64,000 bases of DNA, taken from positions 1 to 64,000 of the forward strand of contig NW_026867501.1 of the NCBI RefSeq assembly GCF_020745735.1, read 5' to 3'. The position numbers were made by a program, and so were the translations under genes. The notes under the pieces are model-generated. The model worked only from the letters and a program-made list of their open reading frames with translations. It ran no database searches and was not told the DNA's origin. This document shows positions 22,864-36,700 of the stretch, piece after piece; position 1 is the first letter of the stretch, and every line of letters starts with the position of its first letter. The DNA is from Hemiscyllium ocellatum (lineage: Eukaryota).

Positions 22864-25529
22864 GCACATTCTCCTGCTCCTCATCTTGTTGCCTGACCTT
22901 CTGAGCGTTTCCAACACCACACACGTTAATCATTCTTGACATAGTCAGCAGCTGTCATCTAACAGCTCAGTGCGCATTTGTTCACCAATTTCTGACATCT
23001 CTGGGGAAGCAGTAACTGAACCAAGAGCCAGGACATAAAATAAACTTTTCAGTAACTTTAGTCTCAGGGCTGGGCCAAGTCAAGAAGAATTGCTCATACC
23101 GTGCAGGCATCAGTGCTGAAGTTTCCTATCCTAATACTTAAGCAGAAACATTTGACCTCCCGTCAGCTAAAATAGACCTGTCGAAGGCCAGTTCAATTAT
23201 ACTGGCTTGTACTCATTGATGTGTTCAATATGTTGAGTTCCTCGTTTAATATGAATGAAATTGGGACTGAGTGACACATCAGAAAGAAATGAACAGTAGA
23301 TGTAAAATGATAAACTATGGGAACTGTTCTGTTCTAAGAAAATCACATGTTCATACACAGAAAAACTTAAACGCTCCTCAACCGTTTTAATTATAGGACA
23401 CAACAGGCATTTTTGGGGAAGGATAGCTCGATTGCAAGAGATAACTGGTTTTTCTCTATTCAAATACTTCCAGATCTACTGAGCTTTAAAAACATTTTTT
23501 GTTATTATTTTTGGTTTCCAGCACCCACAGAACTTCTGGTTTTAACAAATGATAGTTTACTGGATTTCAATTGACGTTATGTCCAACGGAAACAACTTCT
23601 GGGGTTGAGAGAGTACAGACTCGATTAACGGTCACTAAAGAAAAGAAGAAATCTTCATTTCAGTCAAGACTTCCAGCAGGAAATTTTAATGCTCATTGAA
23701 ATCTGTGAGGAGATCCAGAAGAGAAACCGATTGAGAGTCAGGCAGAAAGACGGAGAATGAGTCAGCAGGTATAAAGATGATGGAGGTACAGGGAAATGAA
23801 CAGTAGGAATGGCATCAGTCAAGGTTTGGGAAAAGACAGGAAGATAAACTACAATGGCATGGAGCGATTGAGATAACCACCCAGTAAGAGAAACAGATGC
23901 AGCAAAAGGGAACAATGGAGAATGAAAATGAAAAAGCGGAAACTCAACAGGGCGTGGGTGAATCCGTGGGGGAGGCAGAAAATGTCACAATAGGAAAAGT
24001 GAGAGAAACGTTGACTTAAATGTCAGCAAGGTTTGCAGGAAATTTTAGGATGAAAGAATTAGGCTGAAGGAAACCAGAACTAAACTTCATTCACATTGCT
24101 GTTTCTTCATAGATTTGTTGCTGGTTTTTTTTTAAATCTGGCACATTTTCTTCTTGTGTGAAGTTTCCAAACGCAAATGATTTCCTGTTGAGAAATAGAA
24201 TATATGTCCTAAATCGGACAGTTTCAGTCCAGTGAGAATTTGCTTCTATCCAGAAAAGAAATGGTAGCAAGTACATTGGAAAACTGTCAGCAGAAGGCAG
24301 CTGCAAGGCATACACCATTTGGACTTGGAAATACATCGCCGTTCTTTCAGTGTCGCTCGATCTAAGTTCTGAACTCCATCCACATTGACAACACAATTGT
24401 ACCTATTGCCAAGGAGTTCATGAGTCGAGGAAGTGGATCGTCGTCTCGACACCAGGAGCAATTACAAAGAGACAATTAATCCAATCGCTATGAATTCAAG
24501 AATTCAGCTTTTTAAATTTGCAGTTCCAAATCAGAGATCTGCAATCAGCCAAGAGGAATTTCAGAGGCGGAGCAAGGAATTGAAACACAATGAAAGGCAT
24601 TGATAACTGAGTGGCATGCAGCCGGATGTGACCTCATATCTGGTATTGATAACCTCAATATAGGTGACAATGGGTCGGAGTTTATTTCCCATTGTTTACA
24701 CTTGCTGAGAAATCACTCCTGATCAAATAACCACATTGACCCACTTCTGTTTTCAATTTTCACTCTTGGTGTATCAACGCGGTAAATGGGCCCCGAGAGG
24801 ATGAAGACAACCATTTCATCTTGTTAGTTTAGCAGATTACAACATCACTTTTAAACAAATGTAAATGGGGATTGTATCTTTCACTGGAGACTGTTTAATT
24901 GTGAACTGCCTATATTTTTTTTCAAATGGCGAAGACAATTGAAATTCCCAGTCAACAACATTAAAGCAGGAAAAGAAAATCAATCTCCTATCCGGCCATG
25001 GCTTAGGTAATGGGTATGTTAAGGTGTTGAAAAACCCCACCCGTCGGCGCCGTGGCTCGGTTTGCACCTGAATATTAAGTCAGCAACCCTGGATGTACAT
25101 CCCAGCCGTACCTGTCACTGAGTTAAAAAAATTCATACCTCAAACTTCCTTCTAATACAATGTTTTTGATCCAAACAAGGATCTGATGATGTGACACGAG
25201 GCAGAGTCTGACAAATGTTACAGAAGTATTGGTTGTAATATTTTCCAAAAATCGTTGAAGTTTGGAAAAGTAAATGCAAATTGCATAATGTCCAATGGGA
25301 TACGTTTACTCAAACAGGCAGGGAGGCAAAAATAAATTAGTACAGGAGAATTATGCTGACAGCCACTGTTCAAAATGTGTTACATTTAATTCTTAGGAAG
25401 TAAAGCAAGAAGCCTGGAACTTTATTTTTTAATAGATCAGGGTCACTTGATTTCATGAAAGGGAAATCATACCTGACTAATTTGAGGACGTCTCAACCAG
25501 AATGGACAGAGGGGAAACAGCAGATGTGT

Positions 25530-26350
25530 CATAGAACATAGAACATAGAACATAGAAGGATACAGCGCAGTACAGGCCCTTCGGCCCTCGATGTTGCGCC
25601 GACCGAATCCTACCTAACCTATACTAGCCCAATAACTTCCAAATGCCTATCCAATGCCCGCTTAAATGACCATAAAGAAGGAGAGTTCACCACTGATACG
25701 GGCAGGGCATTCCATGAACTCACAACCCGCTGTGTGAAGAATCTACCCCTAACATCTGTCCTATACCTACCACCCCTTAATTTAAAGCTATGTCCCCTAG
25801 TAACACTGACTCCATTAGCGGTAAAAGGTTCTTAGTATCTACCCTATCTAAACCCCTAATCATCTTATACACTTCTATCAGATCTCCCCTAAACCTTCTC
25901 TTCTCCAATGAGAATAGCCCCAAGTGCCTCAGCCTTTCCTCATAAGATTTTCCTACCATTCCAGGCAACATCCTGGTAAACCTCCTCTGCACTCGTTCTA
26001 AAGCTTCCACATCCTTCCTATAGTATGGCGACCAAAACTGCACACAATACTCCAGATGAGGCCTCACCAGAGTCTTATACAACTGCAACATGACCTCAGG
26101 ACTCCGGAACTCAATTCCTCTGCCAATAAAGCCCAGTACACCATATGCCTTCCTCACAGCACTATTTACCTGGGTGGCAACTTTCAGAGATCTGTGTACA
26201 TAGACACCAAGATCCCTCTGCTCATCCACACTACCAAGTAGCCTACCATTAGCCCAGTAATCCATCATCTTGTTATTCCTACCAAAGTGAACGACTTCGC
26301 ACTTAGCTACATTGAATTCCATTGCCACATTTCCGCCCAGCTCTGCAACT
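25530..26350 (-). mobile_element. Young 5'-truncated CR1-like LINE nested in an older plus-strand CR1 (about 25440-27210)
   Basis: (CATAGAA)n tail; nearly clean minus ORF 25777-26328 with VMLQLYKTLVRPHLEYCVQFWSPYYRKD. Confidence 0.92.
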
Positions 26351-29300
26351 TATCTATATAAGTTGCATCTACATCTTGGATGTGCAAACTATGTTCAAAA
26401 AGGTAACCTCACAAAAGATTTAGTCATAAGGTTAGAACACCTGCGTCATTGAATTTAGAGCATTAGCGTAAATAGAGGATTTACTGCTGGGCATGAAACA
26501 GCAACACAGGAAAAGAATTTTGTTTGCGATCTGGTGACCTGCAATCAATGGAGTTCCACAGATAGCAGTGTTTGGAGCACTAATGTTTACATTGTATAAA
26601 ATGCAAAATAACGTGAGAAAATTGGATATGGTTTAATTGGAAAGAAGAAAAACATATTATTTGATTGGATAAACACTGAAGAAAGGTACAACACAAATAG
26701 ACTCAGGGACATTATTGCGCGGAATACATCAAGCTAGATCAAAACTGCAGCAAGTAATCAGGCAGTCTAATTGAATGCTGGCCCTTATTTCAAGGGGTTA
26801 AGGGTTCAGTGTTAGGAATACGTACTTAAAATTTGCAAGATTCTAACAGTGATCACTTAACTGGAGTATTGTGAGATGTTTTTGATTCTTCCTTAAAGAA
26901 AGAAATAATTTTGTTTGAGTCAGTTCACAGAAGTTGAACTGGCGTGATTCCCAGTTTGAAGAGATTGCCTTATGAACACATATTAAACAGGTTTTGACTC
27001 TACTTAGTGGAATTCGTAAAATTGAGAGATAATCATGTTGAAACATGTAGGAATCTCAAAAGCTTGAAATGATAAATGCTGAGAGGAACTTTTCACTCAT
27101 GGGAGTCTATAGGACATGAAGAGATTCTCTCAAAATAAAGGGGTGCTAGTTTAAGACAGAATGGTGATGATTTTCTCGTCTCACAGAGCTGCGAGTCTTT
27201 GAAACTGTGTGGGCAAAATTCCAATCATGGTAAGTATACAAATATTTTGAAATACGCCTGTAGTTCAAAGACACGCTGAAATGATGTAGTTACGTTGAAA
27301 TTGCTAACTTGAAAGGTGATCATCATTAGAATACGTATTGTATCAACGCATGACGGGTTTTGATTGACTTGATTCCTTCATGAGATGTAGGGTATCGCTG
27401 GGAAATACATTTTCTTACACTTCATTACTTGCCCTTGAAAAGAGTGCCTTGTAAATTTGCTCAACTCACTTCCCTTCCACCTGCCTACCTGACAGCAGCA
27501 TATTACTCCGAACCCCTGGATTACTTCTGCAGTAACATTAACATCCAATCTTGCATTCAACATTGCATCAAGTTGTTTTGTTGACATTCCTTTCATTTTT
27601 TATGTTTGCGACGTGAAAATTTTCAAAGACATTTTACCATATCTAAAGAATCGAAGTCATCAATTTTGTCTATTGTTCCATGAAATTGAAAAGGTAATGT
27701 GCTGATTTCCGTGTGTGTAGCAAAAATAGTGGATTGATGGACATTACATTGCCTGCTGTACAATCCCATCTCCACCACTAACAATTCATGAAACCAGGAC
27801 CGTAGAAATGGCGCGAATATTCAGAAATGTTATTTCAACTCTTTAATCAAGTGCAGGCATCAAACACCATGTGGTTATAAAAAATATCGATAATTGAACC
27901 ATGGTCAGTGATATCATCGACATTTAGAGAGCAGGTCAAAGATTGTAGGCAATGCCATTAATATTTTTACTCTAACAGCTCCGAAACAGCTAAGAATCAC
28001 CAGACACATCGTCAGATTCAATCTAGGGTATCTCCACCTTCAGCGTTCATTGCATGCTCTTTGTCTCTTTTCCCCTACTTCACTCTGAATCAATTGTGTT
28101 CTTGGATTGAATGCTGACAATCGATCCGTCTTGTTCTTGGTTGGACAAGCAATGATAGAATTTTCTGCATTGCAGAAGTGCAGTCAGAAAGCAACATGGA
28201 AAAATGTCTCATACTGTTCCTCATTATTGATCCTCTCTCAGTAAGTATCTCTTTCGCAGAAAAGACATTTTTGCTGCAATTCAAATGTTTTTGTTGGTCA
28301 ATGTACGAGTGACGATTATGTTGATCAACATAAGGCTAATGCTCATTGTCGTGTTTTACTTTTTCATATTTTCGAATGGAGCCAGCAGGGTACAGTGTGA
28401 CAGCTGTTTCCTGGAATGAAGTCTTGAAGAGGAAAAATGTCAGACTAACCTGCAACTTGAAGACCAGCAGCTCGAACCTTTTTACGTACTGATAGATTAA
28501 TCAATAGGCCAGACTAGGTAAGGATGGCAGTCACCCCGCTACAGGACGTGAGTGAACAGAATGCTTTAAAAAAATGTTCCTGTAAATTGATTAACAGTCA
28601 TCATTAGACTCTGAATTAAAGACATTTATTTCATTAAATTTCCACAGTCTGCCATGGCTGAATTTGAACACCGCTCAGCCAAGTGTACCTGGATTATTCC
28701 AGTGGAATCAGTATTAATGTCACTCCGCCATTACCTCCCCTGTGTGCTTCAGCCCTCCTTCTGACTGATTACTGAATGATATTTATTCCTCGGTTTGTGC
28801 AGTGATGTCTCTCCTCTAGCAGAGAGTAATTTGATCAAGCACAAAATTGTTAAACCACAGGCTGATATCGTCCATGTGCAGTAGCAAAGAGCTAGGATAT
28901 GGGTACGTCGTGGGGGCTGTGGACACTTCTGTCAAATCTTCCAGAGACACCGGACATCCAACCATGGAAGATAGAGGAGCCAATTCAATGAATGCAGAGA
29001 GAACTCCAAAATGGTATGGTACATTCGAGTTGGGCAAAAAATGCAGGATATACAAACATGCATCACATGAACAATGCTGGAGGAGATTTCCCAGCATTAT
29101 TACTATTAATCTGTTAACTCCGATCCTCAGAAACCACATTGGGATCCTGGTTCAAATCCCACCATGGCAGTTTGTCAAGTTGTAGTTCAATCAAAAGAAA
29201 TCTGGATTTAAGGGGCTTATTAAAGACTATGAATTAATTGTTCAGAAAAAAAGATCTGTTTCACCAGCTTCTATTCTTACCCAGGCCAGAGCATATTTTC

Positions 29301-29697
29301 GTGCAGATCCACAACAACGTGGATGTCTTTGAACTTCCCTCTGCAATGGACCAAAAATAACATAATTTTTAAAAGTACTTGTGTCTTCAAGAATCATTTC
29401 TAATTTCTGCAAATCAGCTTTGCATTCACAAAGCTGTGTGAAATGCATGGACCCGTTCTATACGAGCAAGGAAATGACAATCGAAGTCAGGACACTTTCC
29501 AATCAGTTTTGTGAGGTGAATCAAAGTGCAAAAATGAACTTTGGATCAACAGAATCAAAAATGTCTTTGGAATTCCCAAATTCACCTTTTGGGTTAACAT
29601 CTGACAGTGCTTACGACATTGAAAGGAATATCAGTGCATTATGATTAATAAGACGATAGTTGCAAACTAACATTGTTTTTGTTAGGTTTTATTATTT

Positions 29698-30608
29698 TCA
29701 AAACTTACAAAACTTCATTAGGAGACTCAGTGGATATTTCAATCCATTCTTTAACTCAGCTCTGAATTTACTCTGTGTCCCTGTATAAATAAATGGGTTG
29801 ATACAGGAACTCAAAAACTGAAGCAGGTACCCAGTTTCCTGTTGAATGAATGCCGACTGACTTAAATTGAAACCTGAGAAATAAGGTACATTCGCAATTC
29901 GGACATAGATTGTAGTTATAAAAAATAAAGAATATAACAGGATGAAGCTGCCCGAGATGGCGAAGAGTAAAACCATGGACTTTTTGCGTTTTTCCATCTC
30001 TGGATCCCTCTGATGTTCTCCACTACTCTGAATTCGGAGTCTCCTGCGGGATCTATTGGCCGCAATAATATGTCTTACAGTTAGAGCGTTCAGAAGTAAA
30101 ATCAGAATGAATGGAAGACAAGGGGTTAAAATGGTACGAATCCAATCATAAGCTGCCCATGCAGGGGACGTATAAAATATTAATTTTATGTTGCAGAACC
30201 AGGGTACATTATTAATAATGTAGATAGGTTCATTAATAAAAAACATAAAGGCACTTTTTATGCAACTGAGTGCAGTCACTATTCCAATAACCAGTGCAGC
30301 TGTCCGTTCCGTGCAGTACTTCATTTTCAGTTTCTGACAGGAAATGGCCACAAATCGATCAAAGGTAAAAGCAACTGTCAACCATGCTGAGCAATCAATT
30401 GCTGTGTATATGATGGCATCACGTAGACTGCACACTGGAGTGATGAACAAGAAGCTTGATGGGAAGTAAATTCCAGCAACACGGTTTAATATTACAGCAG
30501 TTACCACGACCAAGAGATCTGCCCCTGCCATGGACACCAGGTAATAAATGATGCAACTAGAAAGGCCACATTTTCTTTGAGAAAGGATCACAATCACTGT
30601 CAGGTTAG
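29698..30608 (-). CDS. GPR139/GPR142-like class A GPCR, exon 2 (911 nt)
   Basis: Acceptor tttctatgacag|CTAACCTG; open to the stop; FTFDRFVAI (DRY-type) and SSCINPFIY (NPxxY) motifs; seven hydrophobic segments together with exon 1. Confidence 0.92.
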
Positions 30609-30802
30609 CTGTCATAGAAACATATATACATGTTTGTAGAAGTAGAGGAGAAATAGAATCTGATAACAACGGATAACGAGAACTAATCTATGAGATTTTG
30701 AATGAAATTGATATTTTTGAGACATGAACTTGAATCAAAAATCACAAATTAACATCCTGACAGCTAGTTCTACTTGCAAAGTGATCGGCTTAGAGTGCCC
30801 CC

Positions 30803-31050
30803 ATGGCACAATGGCGAGCCCTGATGTTTCACATCACCAGGGACCCACGTTTGTTTCCAGCCTCGGTTGATTGCTTCGTGAGATTGTGCGTGTTTCCTCC
30901 AAGTGCTCCCTTTTCCACCCAAAGTTCCAAGTTGTACAGGCTAGCTTTATTGGCTACGCTGGATTATCACATAGTGCTAAGGAAAATTTGGGTTAACTGT
31001 GATTATTGTGGGAATACAGAGAGTGGCCAGTGGGTCTTCTGAGAATTCGA
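30803..31050 (+). mobile_element. Old degenerate tRNA-derived SINE in the GPCR intron
   Basis: ggcacaatgg...gacccacgtttgtttccagcc...gtgcgtgtttcctccaagtgctcc resembles the HE1-type head and body. Confidence 0.5.
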
Positions 31051-33564
31051 GCACAGTTAATGTTTTGAATGGCCACTCTCTGAACTTTAAGGAGAACATG
31101 ATTCAAGATTTGAATACAAATAGGTCAATAGAAAAAGATTACAAATTAATATAATAACACAGATCAGAGAGTAAACTACCTCACAATCATTTTCACTAAC
31201 CAGAAGTAAAAGACATTAAGATACTATAATGGTCAAATTGGCAAATAATGTGGAAAATGTATTCTCGCTGAAAATTTGATAAATAATCCAAGAGAAATCT
31301 GAAAACTGAAGAGAAAAAGGATCATATTTTTCTGAACATTAACATTTGTCGCATCAGACAAAGTACTGTAAAATCATTCGCCATTGGAAAGATCGACAGA
31401 CAAAAATCAGGAAATGTTCAGAGATTCATAATAAAAATATTGAATTCTGGGAAACAACGAAAAGTTTTGAAAATTGTTCATCTTGTACTGCTTACTTATC
31501 CAAGAAAACTCAACGCATTATTTTATTACTTTATTAAACAATGTTCATTTTAAATTGGGAAATACGTGCTTTTTAGTTTTTAACGTCGTTCATCAAAACA
31601 TGCCATCATTACATTTCTACGTATTTCCATGGAAGGCCTGGAAATCAATAAAATATAAAAAAAATTGTATGTTGACTCAGCCAAACTGTTAATAGTTGGA
31701 AAACTTCAGTTAAAATGGAAATTGTTTGCATCTACTTGATAGAACACTGAATGGCAGACCAGCTATGGTATCCAATCAAACATTGCAGTCAAAACCATGA
31801 CTAAGATGCCGCCACAACAAAGGAAACCAGCTGATACTGATAACACTAGAAACATGGAGTGCACTCACCGAAATAATTAATTGATACAGAAAGAAAAAGG
31901 ATGAGAGAAAGAAAGAGAATTTCAGAGAACGAGAAAGAGAAAGAGAGGGAGAAGGCCGTTTCATATGTGATTAAGGGGGAAGCATCCGTTACTATTTCAA
32001 CCCCGAACAAAATCACCCGACCATTTTGGAGCACTCGGTGTTGGAGGCAATTGTTTAATGCTGGTCCTAAATTAGAACTTACTTCTTACTCCATCAACAA
32101 TCATTCTGCCAAGAAATTTTCTAATATGTTCATCAGGCCCATGGAATGTTAATGCATTCTGGTAGAATTTACCGTAATAAGAAATAAGGAATTTAAAATA
32201 AAAAGAAATCAACACAGCAGCATTGAGTAGATGACGAAATGAATGCAGTGTGATGTTGTGACAACCATTCATTTGGCATATTAAAAATCAAAGTCATACA
32301 TTTGGAAACGAACAAGGACACAGTTTCTCGCCGACTGATAATCAAAAGTGATTACTTGCAAAAACTTATTGTAACATGTTTCGGTGTTAAAAAAGATATG
32401 GTGGTCAACTTGGTCAATTTATCCTCAAGTTGTGAAAGCGAGTATCAAAAAACGTGACTCCGAATTTTGAGTGTGACTGTTGAGTCGCAGCAATTCTCAT
32501 TCTGAGCTTCTTAGTTAATATTCAATTAGCATCTTCTGTATCAGTCTGAATGAATGGAAATAACTGTTCGGGAGGACTCGATTGCAAAACGAGCCTCCTA
32601 CAAACGGAACAATCCACATCCCTATCTTGGCGCCCAATAACGTAGCTTCAATAAATTAATTCATTATACCGTTAGAATTTAGTCATTTAGTTTGAATCTT
32701 CTCTATCAATGAGACACTTTCGTTTATTATTCCACCACTTCAGAAGGAATGACACAAATGTGTTCATATTTACATGGTGATTGCTTTTTGCCCACAGATA
32801 TGTTGTCAAATTGGCAACGAGTAACAGCTGCATATGGATAGCAACCTACAGGATATTCCTTCAAACTGAACAACATTCAAAACAACATAATGGTTCTACC
32901 CTTTTACATAAATAACAGGAAGGTCCTTCACCTTTAATCATAGCATTAGGAACACAAGGAATCTTCGTATAAACTGTAATAACACTGCGCCAGTGCATCA
33001 AAAGACAGTTGCAATGCCATTTGAAAATATATACTTATGCAATAATAATAATGCAGTAATTCACCCACAATAGCATTATCAGTGACATCCTGTAATTGTA
33101 TTTAAATTACGATAAAAGTGTGATAGTTCACACGTAGTGACTCGGCCCGTTAAAATAACAGAAGTGCATTTATTTTGTCTCATGCTCAAAGAATGTGCGA
33201 TTTATGACATCGTTCAAACAATCGAATGATAACCGTCACAAGAACACAGCATCAAGTTAAAGCAGAGAAAGCACCTTGACAACGTGCATTCCTCACTGTC
33301 AGAAAAAAATGCCGCGTTTAACGGAGTGAATTTCTAACATGCATACTAAAAATAAGCCATACAATTAAATAAGGTAAATGCTCAAATGGCGAACTAACAT
33401 CGTTATGTTTGCCAATGATGCTGTGAAAAGGAAGTTTTGCAATGGAATGGAAAGAAAATCATAGAAAATTAAATTGGAACCTATAGAATGCTTCAGGCAA
33501 ACTTGCAGCATTGATAGAACCAAAGAATGATACTCTCACCTCCAAACTAACTCGAATACTTTAC

Positions 33565-33634
33565 CTGGAACACCGAGTGCTCCGAGGATAGGATAATAAA
33601 TGGCAAACCCCACACCTGCTGGTATTCCGTGCAT
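33565..33634 (-). CDS. GPR139/GPR142-like GPCR, exon 1 (MHGIPAGVGFAIYYPILGALGVP, phase 1)
   Basis: ATG at 33634 and donor CCAG|GTAAAG; splices in frame (G|CT = Ala) to give 981 nt, i.e. 326 aa plus stop, completing TM1. Confidence 0.88.
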
Positions 33635-36624
33635 TGTTACCAGAAGCTCTGAATGCACTGTGCAATCCCCTGAAATACTCATTGTTATGCATAATAGCAG
33701 GCTCTAGGGAGGTCGTTAGTGGGTTTCATGCTTTGAGCTAATTAAATTTATTTCAGGAAATAACGTAGTGCAGCTGTTGTTCGAATGAAATTTGTTTTAA
33801 AGGATTACAATGTTTTTCCTCCATGGGATTTCACAAGGCTGGAGGTTTTATTGTCAGAAGTAAAGAAAATAAATATTAATAAAGCTATTTGTGTAACAAA
33901 ACAGCGTATTATTTATAAGTATGTCCTAAAATCCTATATTTTGGTGAGTAACATTGTGGTGCTGTCTATTTAAAATATCATTACTCTAGTAACAATTTAA
34001 CATTTGCTTTCAAATTACGTATTTTACTTATTACAACAAATACAAACATGCTTGAGGCAAGAAACCACGAACAAAGTTCACATTTTATTACAAATATAAA
34101 ATATTCTCTGCAAAAGAATGGAAAGGAAGGGATTGTTGCTGAGACAGAGCCGTTTGGTTTTGAGCTATTACCTCCTCAGTTTCATAGCTGCATTTTTAAC
34201 AATGGCCTTAAAAGTCGAGATCAGATCAAAATTTAAACTTTTCCTATACTCATGTGACATGCATTCACAATGGTCCACGAGAGAGAATTAAAATAGAAAT
34301 TTCATGCAACATTAAATCTTAATAATAGCATTTTGTGAAACCCACAGCCAAACTGGATTAGAGCAAAATTGATATGATTCTTTCCGATTGAGTGTGGAAT
34401 CTTCAAACAAAGGCTGTAAGTGACTGATAGAGAGGCAGAAATAAATTATTGAAACATGATCCCACTACTTTATTCCACCATATGATCGTTTCAGTATTCT
34501 CTTAACCTTTACATGAGGCATACTGATCTCTCCTCTATGTATTATTTTTGAATAAAGTTAATTCTTGAAAATTAAATGTTATGTCAGCATTTTGCCATTA
34601 GAAACACTGACTATTTTTGCAAAAGAGAACTTAGTTGTACGAGTCAAACAAGATCAACAAATGTTCGAATCACAAAGTAAAGTAACGATATTAGCACAAA
34701 CAACACATTGCTGTAAGTGCTCAGCATAACCTGTGACAGAGATGAATGATCCATAAGTACTGCTCCTCCATTGCCCAAACATATTTCAAGAAGAACGGTG
34801 AGTTTTCATTCCCCCGTAATTAACTGACTGCCAAAAATGTTGTGCCAATACAAAACCAACTTTGCCCAGTTTTGGCAATGTTCTGATGCTATTAGGTGAA
34901 TGACTGAGGAAGCATAACGTGAAGATTGTCAGAAGGTTCTAAAATAGCCTTTTGAAGTAGTATCAATATGCTCCATCACTGTTTACACAAGAGTGTGCTT
35001 ACTTCCCATTTTCAAAGAGTCCACCTATCAATAAAGATTCAGTATGCACATCTCTTTAGATCTGTCAGATCCAAATCTTCTGTCTCTGATTGGCAGAATT
35101 GGACGTATTGTCCCAAGTTGTCACACGTGACGCAATGTTTTGATTGTCTGTGAGTATGTGTGAATTTTGCACATCTTGGATCAGATTAATCACCTTCAGA
35201 AGAAAGCACACCGGGATACTGAAGTTCAGGCCAGTTTGGTAAATGTCACTAGCAGGCGAATGTAAAGAAAATGTGGCATAATTGACACAGAAGAGGAGGA
35301 AGCTGAATTGAATTAATCAAAACAATAGACAAGAGGAATGTAGGTATGTTAAACAAACGCAGAGCGATCTGGAAGATAGAGCATTGTGCCTAAATATTTG
35401 AAATTGTCAGATACGGCAGGAAGAGTAAAAAAGAAGTATGTTATCTAATTGCCAAGAGTAACAGAGTACTGAGATACAGGAGGGTGTCACAGACCATGAA
35501 GTATGGTAAGTTAGTACTGGCATGCGGTAAATAATTAGCAAGTTTCGTAGAACATGTTCATTTTTGATCCATGCAATTCATGGAACCACAGTTTCACGAA
35601 TGTTAATCTGCCAGATGAGGAAAATCAGCAACTTAGTGTCAAATTCATGAAACTTCCACACATAACCTGTGCATTTGCGCAATCAAGAAGAGTCCATTGT
35701 CCTTCTGTATGTCTCAAGTAAGACTGTCTCCTGCACCTTCTAGGTTGTTCACCCATAACTGATTGTGTGGAAAATAATTTATTTCATTGTCATGTTGCCC
35801 TTTTTTATAACATGTTTCCTTGAATACGAGAATATCATTCTACTGTCATGTGAATATTGCACGAGTGCAGTGAAAAAGTTTTGCAATGTCCACCTTCTTA
35901 TGACGACATGTTAGGAAACAAATATTTCAGTACAATTCTTGACTACAGCAAAGAAAAAGAAACATTTGCATTATTATAACGAGCTGAAGAATAAGTTTAT
36001 AAATACAGATAGCCATTACATCAACGCAGCTCAGCATAGCGTTCCAGTACGTGGGTCTGAACGAACGTTCCAGCTCAGTCCACGAAACAGCAGCAATCCT
36101 CGTTCCACATTAATCTTCAGTCCGTTCCATACAGGCATTCAATTGCTCCAGAGTAAGTCGTGGACTGCTTTCCCCGCACTGGTGTCAATCTATGACTCAC
36201 TGCCTATGCGATGGCCCATGGTTGCTTTCTGGGATGCTGATGTGGGACTGATTCTCTGTGCTGCTCTTTTCACCTGCTCCAGTGCTGACAGCCCACACGC
36301 AGCTCCGGGACTCGTGGCCCACTAACTACGTCGGGGCTGGTGCCTCACATGCTGCTTCAAGGCTTGTGGCCCACGCACCTTCAAACCTATGGCTTCTGGC
36401 TCTCTAACATTTTCGGTGCGGGAACAGTTTCTCCCATTCTATTACAAACAGAAACTTCTGCAACCATAGGAAGATTCTGTTTCAGGTATTACATTTGTTA
36501 TGTTTTTCTGTGTGTCAACATAATTTTCGTTGCATGCACAGTACTGCACTCTTTATTTATGATGTGTGTGAATATGTTGAAAGCAGATCGCCGAAATTAT
36601 GCTGAACCAATGTCTCGAATTGAC

Positions 36625-36700
36625 AGCTGAAAATGTGTTGCTAGTTAAAGCACAGCAGGTCAGGCAGCATCTCAGGAATAGGGAATTCGACGTTTCGAGC
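36625..36700 (-). mobile_element. Penelope terminal-repeat fragment
   Basis: Matches the left arm of the 3195-3371 element. Confidence 0.65.

Noticed and set aside
23650-23770. Possible TRIM coiled-coil exon (QEILMLIEICEEIQKR)
   Set aside because: Short, contains a stop, and no RING or B-box exons were confidently found
25530-25560. Short tandem (CATAGAA)n resembling a repeat array
   Set aside because: It is a CR1 3' tail; there is no CRISPR or prokaryotic signal anywhere in the window
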